Assembly (NCBI GenBank): GCA_051294375.1 | Contig: CM119269.1 | Location: 915,842-979,841 of the forward strand | Direction: 5' to 3' | Source of the DNA: Paraspadella gotoi | Taxonomy: Eukaryota > Animalia > Chaetognatha | DNA: 64,000 nucleotides | Shown: one piece after another, positions 39,439 to 51,947 of the stretch | Layout of the letters: each line of letters starts with the position of its first letter | How positions within the stretch are numbered: position 1 is the stretch's first letter | The notes under the pieces: model-generated | What the model saw: the letters and a program-made list of their open reading frames with translations, nothing else | What the model was told of the DNA's origin: nothing | Database searches by the model: none | Translations under genes and position numbers: made by a program

Positions 39439-41403
39439 AGAAAAAGAAAAAAGAAAGAAAGAAAAGAAAAGAAAAGAAAAGGAGAGTAAGAGAGAGCGAG
39501 AGAGAGCGAGAGTTATGAACAGAGACTGGAAAGTGCCGGGCTGGAGAAAAGGAAGGAGAGAGAAACGCGTGAAAAACGTTCAGAGGAAAATGGTATATGA
39601 GAGTGGCGAATGCGGAGTTTATGGGAAAATGGTGAATCTGGGGAGATGGCAATATATTAAAGAAGAGAAATAAAAACAAAAAAGATCGGCGCGACATCGT
39701 GTAATAAATTATGAGAGCAAATGCCAAAGAAACCTATGATTAAAAATGTTTAACGATATGAAAACAAGTGAACAAGTGAATGAGGAGTAAGAAGTAAAAC
39801 CAACAAAAAAAAGTAAATCACAACGAAAAAGATCTGAAGAAACGTGAGAAATAAAGAGAGAAAACTAGAGAAGTGAAACGAAGAGAACGAAACGATATCG
39901 AGGTGAAAGCGAAAGTGTGACGATTCGCGAGGACGTGAAAATCAGAGAATGTGAATCACGAGTGAGAAAAACAATGGATTCAGGAGTGAGGCCTTGCATT
40001 CCGCCGTTTCTCTTGCAGGACCGATAAAACGGGGAATGAAATACGAGCGACGATTAGAGAGGCACAGATGGCGCTCTACCCCCGGGGGAAGGGGGATTCT
40101 TCTCTTCTCCCTCTCAGCCTCTTACTTTTTCCTTTTATATTATTTATTTGAAAAAATTAATATTTCCATCTTTTGCTAGGAACGTAGCTTTATTTGTCTT
40201 TGTAATCGACGACAGGACAAACCTTGGTTTTTTTTTTCTCTTTTAACTTCAATATATTGATTTTATTATTGACTTTATTGAATGTTTTGCTAGTATTAAT
40301 TTATCGGCGGTGGCGAGCGACGCCGTAGGGGGAGACGGCTCAACGTCCGACGATTGGGAATGAAAATATCTTAGTTCAAGTTTCCCAAATTCGTAATCGG
40401 GAGTCGCGACGACGGATAATTGAAGAAGGAAAAGGGTTGGCCGAGGCAATCTGGGTTATTTTAGATAACGTTTGATTTGGAATTTTGTAAATTCTTCAGT
40501 TGCCTAAAGATTACGACGTCGAAACGGTTTTAAGACCGTTTATTTACCTTTTAACCGAAATTTTATTGTTTATTTTGATTGTTTACAACAATTTTGAAAT
40601 GCTTTTATTTCCTCGCCTGTTTTTAACTTCGGTAAACAACTTTTGAAACCTCGATCGTCGCCATTTGTATAAAAAGTCTGAAAGCAGAGGCAACTTAAAC
40701 AATTAATATACTCTCCTTATTACTCAACGTCCCCATAATTTCAATTTTGGACTTCTCCATCAAAGCCAATTTCAGTCAAACGGTTCCATCCCCGCCGACC
40801 ATCTCCCCCTTTAATCTCCCACTTCACGACTCCATCTAATCGGCCAACCAAGTTTCCTCTTTCTCCCACATCTTGAATATTCAGTTGTAATTTTTTCCTT
40901 CATCTCATTTTTCTTCGTCTTCCGGTTGATTGTGTTTCGCCGATTAACTTTTTCTGTTTTGCTGGAAACAAAAAAAGAAGAAAAAAAAAAAGACGAAACA
41001 CCTGCTCAGGTAATTTTTTTTTTCAGCGGCGTCTCCGCTTACGGACAGTGGATTCGTCGTTGTTGTTTTTTGTTTGTTTTTTTGTTTGTTTTTTTGCTTT
41101 AATCTTGTTCTTCATTATGAGATTTAATCGTACCGGCTACAGCGTTACAACTCTAATTTTGTCAAATCTCATTAAATACTATTGCATTAGCTTGTACTCG
41201 AAATTCTATTCCCTTTCGTTCGTTATTTTTCTCGAAGAAAGAATAAACTTCATTTATTTTGCCCGACTAAAATTATTATTATTATTACAGACATATTTTG
41301 AATAATTTTTTGTTGTTTTTTTTCAGTGGGATTAAATTCAAAACGCTAAACCCTTTTAATTTTTATTCAATTTGCTTGGTCATTGGTCAACCCATAACAT
41401 TTT

Positions 41404-41624
41404 TCAAAGTTTTTCCCCATGGACGATCAAGTATTCGTACTCCCAGCTGGGTCTCCTTTTCTCGTCATCTTCGTCAAACGAGCGGCATTCCTTCTCGAAT
41501 TCCTCGACGAGGTCGTCCATCAACTCTTCCTTCAGCTCTGGGGGAACATGGCGAATGAGAGGACTCAGCGTAGTCAGTGTCCCACGGAGCTCGAGGCGGT
41601 CGGAGAAGACGTAACAATTACTGT

Positions 41625-41660
<36 letters not shown>

Positions 41661-43252
41661 TACTTTTTGATAAATTCCCACAAGTTTCAACTCTTGAACC
41701 AACCATTCCTTACCTCTCAGCCCTGCAGGCACGAATCCTGAGCCCAGCGGCAGCGGCGAGACCGCGAAATCTCCCAACTGGATCGTCGTCGAAATGACGA
41801 GAGACTCGAACGAAATTCTCCATCGCGTTTAGCGGCACGAAGGCGCGCCACTTTTGCGTCGTCTTGCGACTGGCTGCGGAGAGGGTGTTGATGCCGATCG
41901 AATAAAAGATAAAGTTGCGGAAAAACATGGAATTTCTATTAACAAGGTGTGGCATGGTTCTCTTTGTAAAGCGCAATCAATTTTTGTTCTACTTTCCTTT
42001 TCTTATTCCTTTTTTCGTGTCTTAACAAATGAGCAACCGACTAAAGGCGAGTTATGAGCATTTTTAACGGAAGTGGGACAGACCGACCGCAAACGGACAG
42101 AAGGACAGATCTAGACAGAAAAGCCTCTTATAGCAGAAAAACGAGACTAAAACAAAAAATAAAACTGAGTTTCAAAATCAGCAGCAAAAACTAGAAAAAA
42201 AAAAAGAAGAAAGATTAATAACAAATACAAATTAACAAAACCCCAAAAAGTAATTTAAAAACATCCCAGAACCTTCCAAGAAATTCCTGTAAGAGATGGG
42301 AAAAGCGAAGAGAAATCTTCCTCCGCTCCTCAGCGACAGACGCGTGTTATTCAACGTCGTCCTCCAATCTCTGACGTAGTGAAGGGCGTTGACGGAATGG
42401 ACGAGATCGAAGGCGGACGACCAGTTCCAGTCTTTGCGGAATGGCTCGTCGAAAGCGGCCAAGCGGAATTCGAAATTTGTTGAACGGGGATGAGAGTTAT
42501 CATTGCGCTCGAGGCTGGCGGCGCCGACGTCGGGCGCTGCGTCGGATGCAGCACGAGCAGCAGGACCGGCGCTGTCGAGACAGAACCGAATCATTTCCGG
42601 CGAAAAGTCGATGCCGACGACGGAGATGGAACGAGTCCTAAAAATGGCGTGGAGAAAATGAGAAAATTTGTATTACCATTAGTATTTCCTAAATATAATG
42701 AAGTGGCGGTATATTCACAACGTCTCCCGTCCATCGTCGTTCTGCCAATCCCATTGGCTCTGAGGGGGAACACACCATCCCAGGCGTTGTGTTCCATCTG
42801 TTCCATCCACAGTTCCACATTCCGAACGACTTCCCTCAGCGTTGGCAAACCGAAACCGCGCCAGTGACTGGAGGCGTCACTGAGGGTCGGAAGCCCCCAA
42901 AGCCAACAGTGAGATGCCCCATCTCAATGGGCATCACAGGCAACCCGGCTGTTGCCATAATGGCTGATTTCCCTTGGAGCGATTTAGAAACTATTAACAA
43001 AATAATTTATGTACTTGACATCTTTCAAATCCCTCGCCCACAAATTAACCTTTCCTCTCCTCGAAGCCATTCCAAAACTCGCGCCAACTCCCGCGTAACC
43101 TCGCCCGTGCCGCAGCCGAGGTCCAAGACGCAGATCGAGGCGAGGGAGCGCCTCCGCCTGGGGCAAGTTCAACGTGCGCGCCACGATATCGTCGCTAGAT
43201 CGAACTGCATCCCGTGGAAGCGAGAATAGGTTGTCGTCAAATCCGTGTTCAT
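41404..43252 (-). CDS. Class I SAM-dependent methyltransferase, juvenile-hormone-acid-methyltransferase-like; in-frame TGA in exon 1
   Basis: Motifs: MNTDLTTTYSRFHGMQFD, motif I VLDLGCGTG, VVGIDFSPEMI, FDLVHSVNALHYVRDW...LRSGGRF and C-terminal YEYLIVHGEK*. There are four exons (~43050-43252, 42272-42637, 41713-41910, 41404-41621). Confidence 0.85.
42012..42152 (-). mobile_element. Helentron/DINE-1-like element in a methyltransferase intron
   Basis: CTTAACAAATGAGCAACC…GTGGGACAGACCGACC is the reverse complement of the 44545/57032 body. Confidence 0.6.
42702..42959 (+). mobile_element. Solo LTR of the same TRIM family, in methyltransferase intron 1
   Basis: It has the same LTR core (CAGTGACTGGAGGCGTCACTGAGGGTCGGAAGCCC...GGCAACCCGGCTGTTGCCATA). 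The flanks are atga/atgg. Confidence 0.8.
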
Positions 43253-44035
43253 CTTGAATGTACGGCGAGAAAATTGGAATCTTGTATACGGCGAGAAAAT
43301 TAGAAAGCCAATTTATGAACGTTAGAAACGAGAAATCGAACAAAAAAAAAAAATAAAAGAAAGAACAAGAAAAGGGGGAAGAAAAAACGATGGACGAAAA
43401 TAATTATAGTAATCTTGTGACTTACGTTAGATTGAATAGAGAGGGAAATGAAAGAAATGAAACGACTTTTTCAGACCAATTTGTTTCTCAATGGAAAAGG
43501 AGAGAGAGAGAGAGAGAGAGAGAAAAATTAAGGTCAATCATATGTCGCGAATAATGAATCGCTAGTCGCTCTCCACTGCTCGTTTAGTTCGTTCGCAAGC
43601 TCATTTGATTAGCTAAAAAAAAGATTATTATTAGGATTAGTATTATTAGCGGCGGTTCCTTTTCTCCCTTTGAGTTTCAGGTCAAAAATGAAGAGGGAAA
43701 GAAGTTTGGAAGATCATGAAATCCTACTCGAACCCGTCTAACGTGATTACCTTTAGACTATCTCTTTAGTCTTTCTCTATGTAAACATTTATAATCAATA
43801 AGTTTATGCGAAGCTATTCAGAACAATATCAGAAAAATATTTTTTAAAGTATTGCGCTATCTTTTTCTCTTCAGGAATAAATTATTAACTGATTATACAT
43901 AAAGTCTAAACTAAATAGACAGAAATTGCAAAAGATTAATTTTTTACAATAGCGAATATCTTTGGAATTTAAAAAAAAAACAAAAACGGTAATTCAAAAT
44001 CAGTGACTGCCTTATCACATGACGTGACCAGCACA

Positions 44036-44146
44036 GTGGGACGGGACAGACATTTAGGACGGGACCGACGACCGACAGACAGATTGACCGGAAAAGCTAA
44101 CTTAAATAGAGTTTACTTCCGCGAGTATTCACGACGCAACTAAAAA
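44036..44146 (-). mobile_element. Partial Helentron/DINE-1-like element
   Basis: Reverse copy of the head and microsatellite (…GACCGACG…CGCGAGTATT…GCAACTAAAAA). Confidence 0.55.
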
Positions 44147-44544
44147 TTTAAGGAACGAATTTGGGTCATTCACCCGAAAATATCACCACGAGAATCACGG
44201 TAGTTAAAAAGTCAATCTGTCGCCTTCCACCTGAAATTACTCTTACGAGCACAAAGAATTTTATTTTATTGTCTAAAAGATTAGAAGTAAAATACGTAGA
44301 AGCTAACATTTGTAAATTTACATTTTTCTTCTTTATTTTTCGTCAAAAAAAAAAAAAATCTTGTTCCGAAGGCTCGATGGCCGGGGGTCATAACTCAGGC
44401 ACCGGAAGAAAGGTAAACACTGGAGATGAGTTGGCGTATCTTTATTTTTGGTACTCGACCCTCTCGGTTTCTTTTTCTCTCGTCTCTCGGCTCCCGGGTC
44501 TTTTCTCTATCGCCTTGCCGCTCTCACTTCCCTGAAATCGTATC

Positions 44545-44752
44545 TTTTTAGTTGCACCGCGAGTATCGCGCGGAGAAACTCTATAAGTCACCTTTCGGTT
44601 GGGCGGGTCGGTCGTCGGTCATTGGTCGGTATGTCCCACTTATTGTTAAAAATGCTTATGATTCGACTTTACTTGGTTGCTCATTTGTTAAGATAGAAAC
44701 AAACCTCAAGTCTAAGTGACTGGCTAGCGCCGCCTTCAGAAAATCCTAATAA
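44545..44752 (+). mobile_element. Non-autonomous Helentron/DINE-1-like element
   Basis: A TTTTTAGTTGC...AACTCTATAAGTCAC head with a short inverted repeat is followed by a (GTCG/GTCY)-like microsatellite and a conserved body shared with other copies. Confidence 0.65.
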
Positions 44753-46588
44753 TATAAAGAACAAAAGATGGAATTCTAATTCAGTACATTTTATAAATAT
44801 ACGGCTTAGGAAATTATTTTAGTTAAGAAAGTTATTTTAATTAATACTTGACAGACTGTAAGAAATTAGTAATTATAAATTCTGTGTATAGTCACATGAC
44901 TACCGCAAAATTGGGTCACTAAATGGCATATTTTGAGTAATGTCTGGTTGTTTGAAATAAAACTTTGCAGAATAGTTATCAACCGTGAAACCTTTGTTAT
45001 ACAATAATTTCCTAGTTATATAATCATGTGATCAACAAAAAAATACTCATGAAAAGAAAGTCACTGCGGCGCAACACAATTGGATGGACCTATCTTGTTT
45101 CTCAGCTCTATACCCCCTGTCTCTTTAAAACTCTTACTCTCGGCTCTCGACTCGAGTTTCCTTAGTCTCGAGCCAAATCGCGAAAAATGTTTATATTAGG
45201 TTATTTTATAGATTTTTTTTGGAAAACAAAATCACGCGCAGAGAACTTTTTTTGTGATCTGCTAGATCGCGGAGCGCTTGCGTGGTTAAAGGTCAGTTTA
45301 GACTCGGTCAACAGGCTTGGGTTTCTTGCTGAGATCCGGATCTGCTTAGAGTTAATAAAATGTATCTTCGGGACGAAAAATTGGGTTCGCTACAACTCAG
45401 ATATTTCGGGTTTGAACGGTTCGCCTCTGTCGGCCCGTGAGAAGAGGTGAGACCCATTAGGATTTGTGGCCCGAAAAGCACCTGACGACTTGGGGAGAGG
45501 GGAGATAAGAAAAAAGAGAGAGGGGCAGACGGAGAGAGACCTACGTTATTTTTAGACCCTCTGGATGACCGCGGCGAGAGGGAGAGAGAGAGCGAGAGAG
45601 GGAGAGAGAGAGAGAGTGTGTGTGTAAGAATTGTTGGCTGCTTTGTCGGGAGAATATTTTTTCGGGGTTTAAATTTTTTTCTCTATTTTAGGAAAGAAGA
45701 TTCTTGCTTTTTAGTTAATAAGATCAAAGGATCAAACAAAATTTTTTTTCCCCTCGAGAGCTTAATTCACACTTTTATGTACCCAATACTGTATATAATG
45801 TTAACATTTTTGGATCGACAGTATTTTAAAATAATTTATTTTAATGAATAAGTAGTAAATTGTATCTGGCCAAATGATGTATCATAAATTATCATAAATC
45901 AGGAATATAAAAAAATTACTTTGGGTGACGGAGTGAGCATGGGATTTTCTCGTTGACATTAGCTCTTTCACGTTTACATAGATAATTGGAGATGTTCGTG
46001 GGAGATAAAGATTATGACTCTCTCTCTCTCTCCCTCTCTCTCTTCCTTTTTTGAAGGCATCTTGCCTAATATTTATTTTTGCCATAAAGCATACATTTTT
46101 CTGGCACATGTAAAAATAAATATGGGTCTCGGGCTAGCTATAATATGTTTATCTTAATTCACAATTTTATCGTATGGTTCAAGCTATATAGTAATGAATA
46201 ATGAATAAAATTTGTATTTTAAACTTTATACAAACAAAGAATGATACCTAAAAGAAGAGAAAAGAAAAAGGATCGAAGAATCCAATCCAATCGGCGGAGA
46301 AACAAAACGAATTTTTCCCACAGCAAAGAATCTATCTTCTCCTCCCCCCCTCATCCTCCCCTTAAAAAAAAAGAATCTACTAAAAAGAAATAGAGGAAGA
46401 AGAAAAAAGCTATCGAGTCTGTTTATTAGCTAATACTGTCCCCTTTTTCGCGAAGGCTTCGCGGAACCTTCGTGACAAATTATGCTCGTTTCACAGCGAG
46501 AAAAAAAAAAAGAAAAGAAAAAAAGAAAATAGCGTTAATCTTTTTTTTTTCTCTTCGCTTCACCTTTTTTCGACCTCGACCCGTTTGA

Positions 46589-46619
<31 letters not shown>

Positions 46620-47620
46620 AAGTCTTCAAGCAATATCCTCCTTAAACGTCTTGAAGCCGCTCACTCACCCAGTGGTCATCGATGCCCCGTTCCTCGATTC
46701 TACCTCACAGTGATACGGTCGTTGTGAACTGTGCACACTGCACAGTGTGTGCATTGTCATATTGGTTGACGAAAAGACAGACGATAAAGTTGATAAAATT
46801 TACGAGTTCCATCTGAAAATATATCGAGTTGGCAACTCACCCCTTTCTTATTGTAAATTTAGATTGAACCCTCTTTAAACAATCAACTTTTAATATCATT
46901 TTAATACTTACATTTTTTCTTATTATGTATATTTATATTATATGTCTAATTGTATAATGTATATGGTATATGTATATGACTCAACATTCAACAATTGGCG
47001 AGAAACGTCCTTCTTCTTTTTCTCCGCCATTTCTTTCGTCCATCTCGAATTAAAAACCGATCGGCGCCGACGTCTCCCACATTAGTTCCGGGATCTCTCG
47101 GCAATTATGTGTCACGCTGTCATGTCATTGTCGTCATCGTCGTTGTCAGTCTTTTTCGTCTGTCTTCGTCGACACGTTCGTCTTGTTCTTCGTCGTCGTC
47201 GTCGTCATCGTCGTTGTCTTTGACATGATCTTCTCACTATTCATTCTCTACGTTTTCATCTATTTCGATGTTGACATTGTCGTCATAAATGTCAACACGA
47301 ACTCGGTCGACATAGCTATCATAATATGCGAGATCAGCCGTCCTTCATATCACCATTATCACCTTTCTGTCAATGTCTCATATCATTAATACAAGGAATA
47401 TAAACATCATAAACATTTCTGTCATCGTCGTTATCGTCATAATCACAATCCTCTCCATCATAAGCATCGTCATATCATCGACAGCATCATCATCATCATC
47501 GTCGTCGTCGTCGTCGTCGTTGTTCTCATCTCCCGTCAAAAGTCATTACTTAGCTTTCGACGCCGAAGCCGGGCGAGGAATGGCACTTATCTCGACTGCA
47601 GAACGAAAATGGTTTCGCCT

Positions 47621-47707
<87 letters not shown>
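47621..47707. repeat. (TCG)n microsatellite
   Basis: Uninterrupted trinucleotide run. Confidence 0.95.
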
Positions 47708-47708
<1 letters not shown>

Positions 47709-48807
47709 GATTATCGCCGTTTCCTTTTTTGTTTTAAACGACGTCATCATCTCTCGTCGTCGTCGTCGTCGTCGTCGTCACCCGGGCGACGGCAGGCAAG
47801 AACAGTCGCATTGTCGTTGTTTTCCTTATTGTTCTTTCTTATGCGTTTTTGACAAAGGACTCGATACAACCTCGCAACGGCTTTTAGAGTATTTTAGAAT
47901 ATTGGACGTGATTTTCGCTCGGTTCCCTTCTATGCAAAGAGCGCTTTGCTTTTCTCTGACATAAGACTGAAAAGCTGAATCGTTGAATCTTAGCGTAGTT
48001 CTCTTTCTTGTCTTTCCTTCCTATTTCTAAACCTCTCTCTTTTCCCCTCTCTCTCTCTAATCCTCCTTGTCTCATTTACCCTCTATCTATCTTTCTATTT
48101 CTCTCTCTCTCTCTCTCACTCTTGGCCTTTAACTCACACTCTGGTCAGCCTCTTTTTCTGTTGCGCTTTTTTCGTTTTTACAACGAAAAGTTGACCAGCG
48201 ACGTTTTATTGCGTCCAATAAACAGAGACGCGCATCACGTCGTTTTGCCGGACAAAAGTCAGAAGCCATTGATGCAAGGAAGGGGGAGGTAGAGAGGGAT
48301 TAAGAGAAAGGGGGTGGGATAGAGGGAGGAGGGGGGCTCGGGCTGTGAGGCCGGGAGGGAGGGGCGAAAGACACAGACAGAGAGAAAGAGACGACGAATC
48401 TTAATAGTTTTTGATGTTGTTTTTTCTCCCATCGCTTTTTTCAATTTATTTCTCGGATTCATTGAAATTTAAAGGATGTTGGAACATTGGAAAGAGCTTT
48501 AAAATATTAAAACACAAAAACAAAAACAAAAACTAAAGAAAAGTAAGATGTATAGAACTTCTTTAATTTGAAAAAAAAAAAGAAAAATGGCATCGAGAAA
48601 ACGAGATTGAAAATTGGAAATAAAAAAAAAGCAAAAAAATAAGGAAAAAGAAATAAAGGAAAATTTGAAATTGAAACGCGCTTCTAAAAATTGAAATATA
48701 CGTAGTGGAGAATCTCTGATTTCCGAGCTCTTTCCATCCGTAGATGACAAAGCCAATAATCCATTTATCCTTCCGATAATCCATCTGTCCAATGGTATTC
48801 TATTTCT

Positions 48808-48938
48808 CTATGATCCGTAATGAGCGATCGTCTCTCGGATCCAATCGACATATTTGCCGACGAAGGTGTAGACGCCCGGGAGGTTTGGCTGCGCGCAACC
48901 TTCGCCCCAGCTGGTGATGCCGAGAAGGGTTAGCCGAC

Positions 48939-48996
<58 letters not shown>

Positions 48997-49671
48997 AAAA
49001 AAAAAGAGAATCATATTTCTCAATCCCCATCATACGGATCGACCACACCAACCTTCGATCTCCGCCACCAGAGGTCCCCCGCTGTCGCCCTGACAGGAAT
49101 CGACGCCGCCTTCCGAGTATCCGGCGCAGATCATCGACGCCGGGTCGAAATCGGCGCCGTAGATCAGAGAGGAGGCACAGTACGTTTGCGGCAGGAGCGG
49201 CGCAATCGCTGCGCGTAGGGTCGAGGGGCTTCGTCCTGAAGGAGGGAATAATATACGCTATTTGACTCGAATACAATGTTTATTTAGTACATAACATCAA
49301 AAAGCAACTGAATTAACAATATTTATATTTATATAGTTCTGATGTGGTTAAAAAAGGGAATAGTGCCGATATGACTTAAGTTGTCTCAAGTCAGTCACTA
49401 TACAATCATAAATGCGGGCAGGTGATGAAGTTAAAATCCTAAAGCCGGAGTCGAAATGCCTGAGATTGTAAGTAATTTTATTGATAATCAAAGATAGATT
49501 TTATAAAATAATATTAAATATATTGTGAAAAAAATGGTGAAATAGACTAAGGAAAAAGTAAAAAAAGTGAAATAAAAAGGAAGGGAGAAAAAGGCGCAAG
49601 AATGAATAACGAATGAGTTTAACAAATGTTGAAAGAAATTCTCTCGTTGGACGAGACTTGCGACACAGACG

Positions 49672-49703
<32 letters not shown>

Positions 49704-50173
49704 NNNNNNNNNNNNNNNNNNNNNNNNNNNNNNNNNNNNNNNNNNNNNNNNNNNNNNNNNNNNNNNNNNNNNNNNNNNNNNNNNNNNNNNNNNNNNNNNN
49801 NNNNNNNNNNNNNNNNNNNNNNNNNNNNNNNNNNNNNNNNNNNNNNNNNNNNNNCGCCGAGGGCCAGTGCAGCTTTTATAAGAAGAGAAAAATGACCTGG
49901 AAAAATGGCAGACTCGGATTTCGCATCCATTTCGCCCCAACCGGAAATAAACGTCGGCCTTCCGGGCTGCGGGAGAGAAAATATGTAAGAGGGTAAGGCG
50001 AGGTAAGGGTGAGAGGTTGGGTGGAGGGGGGGAGAGAGAGGAGAGAGAGAGAGAGGAGAAGAGAAGAGAGAGAGAGAAGCAGAAAGAGGAGGAGAGAAGG
50101 TTGTTTCTGGTTAATAATTCAGTAGTACCCTAAAAAGTCACGCGCTTGCTGTATTTAGTTTGTGAGAGAGGAA

Positions 50174-50255
<82 letters not shown>

Positions 50256-51947
50256 GCCCACTTGTAATCAGCTTGCAGGTTCCCAGGGTCCGGGAGGCAA
50301 GCCGGCTGCACGTAATCACCGAATCGAATCGGATCGCTCAGCTTGATGAGGGCCACGTCGTTTTTCGTTGTGTACGCTGAGATGGTGGATTGGGGGGGAG
50401 GGGTTGAGAGAGGGGAAAACTATTTGAGCGATAGAGAGCGAGAGAGGAAGAGAGAAATGAGAGAGTTTAAAACATTAAACTGTCAGTCTCAAAGAATATA
50501 TTCTCTTTAAGGAGTAAGAAATGATGATGAGATGGCAAAAAAAGAAAATGAAAAAAATTTGCAAATACGGCAGCAATAATTTACGATTACACAATCAAAA
50601 TATCCGAGTGAATGAACAAGGTTTGGAAAAATGAACTCTGAAACTAAATTTAAGTGAAGGAGTTTCGCTGGAAAAGTAGAAAAAAAGCGGGAAGGGAAAA
50701 AGCATCGAAAGGAAAAAGAAATTAAGGGGAGAAACATTCGTGTTTCGTAGCGAAAAAAAACAGTCAGAGAGAAGCGAACTTCACCTCCGCCGCTTTTGGT
50801 TCACAAATCGCGACTGGATCCAATTCGGGTTCACAGTTTCACCCCGTGAGACAAAAAGCCTCCCGACGAACGCAGCAATAGTTTTGCCACGCAGTCGCGA
50901 CGTCGTTGTCACGTGATCAAAAGCTTTTCTTTCACTTTTTCAGTTAATCACATCAACGCACGAATACTTCAGCATTTCAGTATCCAGAGTCACAGCCCAT
51001 TTGCGCACGCTTCGCTATTCGTGAAGCCTTTTCACACGGCTCTTTCGCACAGACTTACAGTCGTAGCGTGGGTGGGTAACGATCCTGCTCGGCAGCTTCT
51101 TTTGCTCGCGACCGGAAGTGGAGCTCAAGGAGTCTTCGCCTAGGACGATGCGGAAGGAACTCGCGCTCGATGATCTGGTCGAATGGAGGATAGAAGGTGG
51201 GGGGCGGGGGCGGGGAAAACAGGCACGGGGGTCAGACATAAGACGATACTACTTTATGACAGGAATAAAAACAGAATAAAATTAAATTAAAAATCTCGGA
51301 TTTAGCGTCGGAAATTTATAGGAGTTTGAGGGGATCGTATAGAACAAACAATATCGTGGTTACAAGCTATTGATTGGTGAGTATTATGAAAATTGCCAAA
51401 TTATTTTATCTATTATGTTAAATTATAATTCATAACTATAGAATGTTTAATTTTTCATTGTAATAATTAAGATAAATGATTACTTTATTGAATTATTTAG
51501 TAATAGATCTTTCTAGTTTTTTTAAAATCTCACCCTTCCAAACAGTGAGCGGCTGTGACGATCCATCGCCGAGAAATCACTGTGGCCCCGCAAATGTGAG
51601 AATCGCCGAAAAACCAACTGTGCGTCTGAAGACTCGCCTGGTAAGGGTATGCCCCTGCGACTGCCTTCACCCCACCAACGATCCATGTTCTAACTTTTGG
51701 GGGGGGGGGCAGGTGGTTAGAGGGTGAGAAAACCAAAAAAAAAAATCAATCAATCAATACTAAATAAAATCATTCAATCAATCAATCATTACGTATATTA
51801 CAAATACTCCGTTTTACCCGGAAGATTTTGCGTGAAGAATCTTTTGCCGCACTCTTGATCCGCCGCCGAACGAGAGGCCAAACAACACAACACAACAACA
51901 TGAGAGGCCAAACAACTCAACAACAAACAACTCGGACGAAACAACAT
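48808..51947 (-). CDS. Secreted trypsin-like serine protease (S1A)
   Basis: It has a signal peptide, a CG propeptide, IVGG, TAAHC (His), NDVALIKL (Asp), [10 protein letters not shown] (Ser, with S1 Asp) and [19 protein letters not shown]. One exon overlaps the gap at 49704-49854. Confidence 0.93.

Noticed and set aside
46722-46760. Hairpin TGTGCACACTG-CA-CAGTGTGTGCA as a pre-miRNA
   Set aside because: The stem is only about 10 bp, which is too short.
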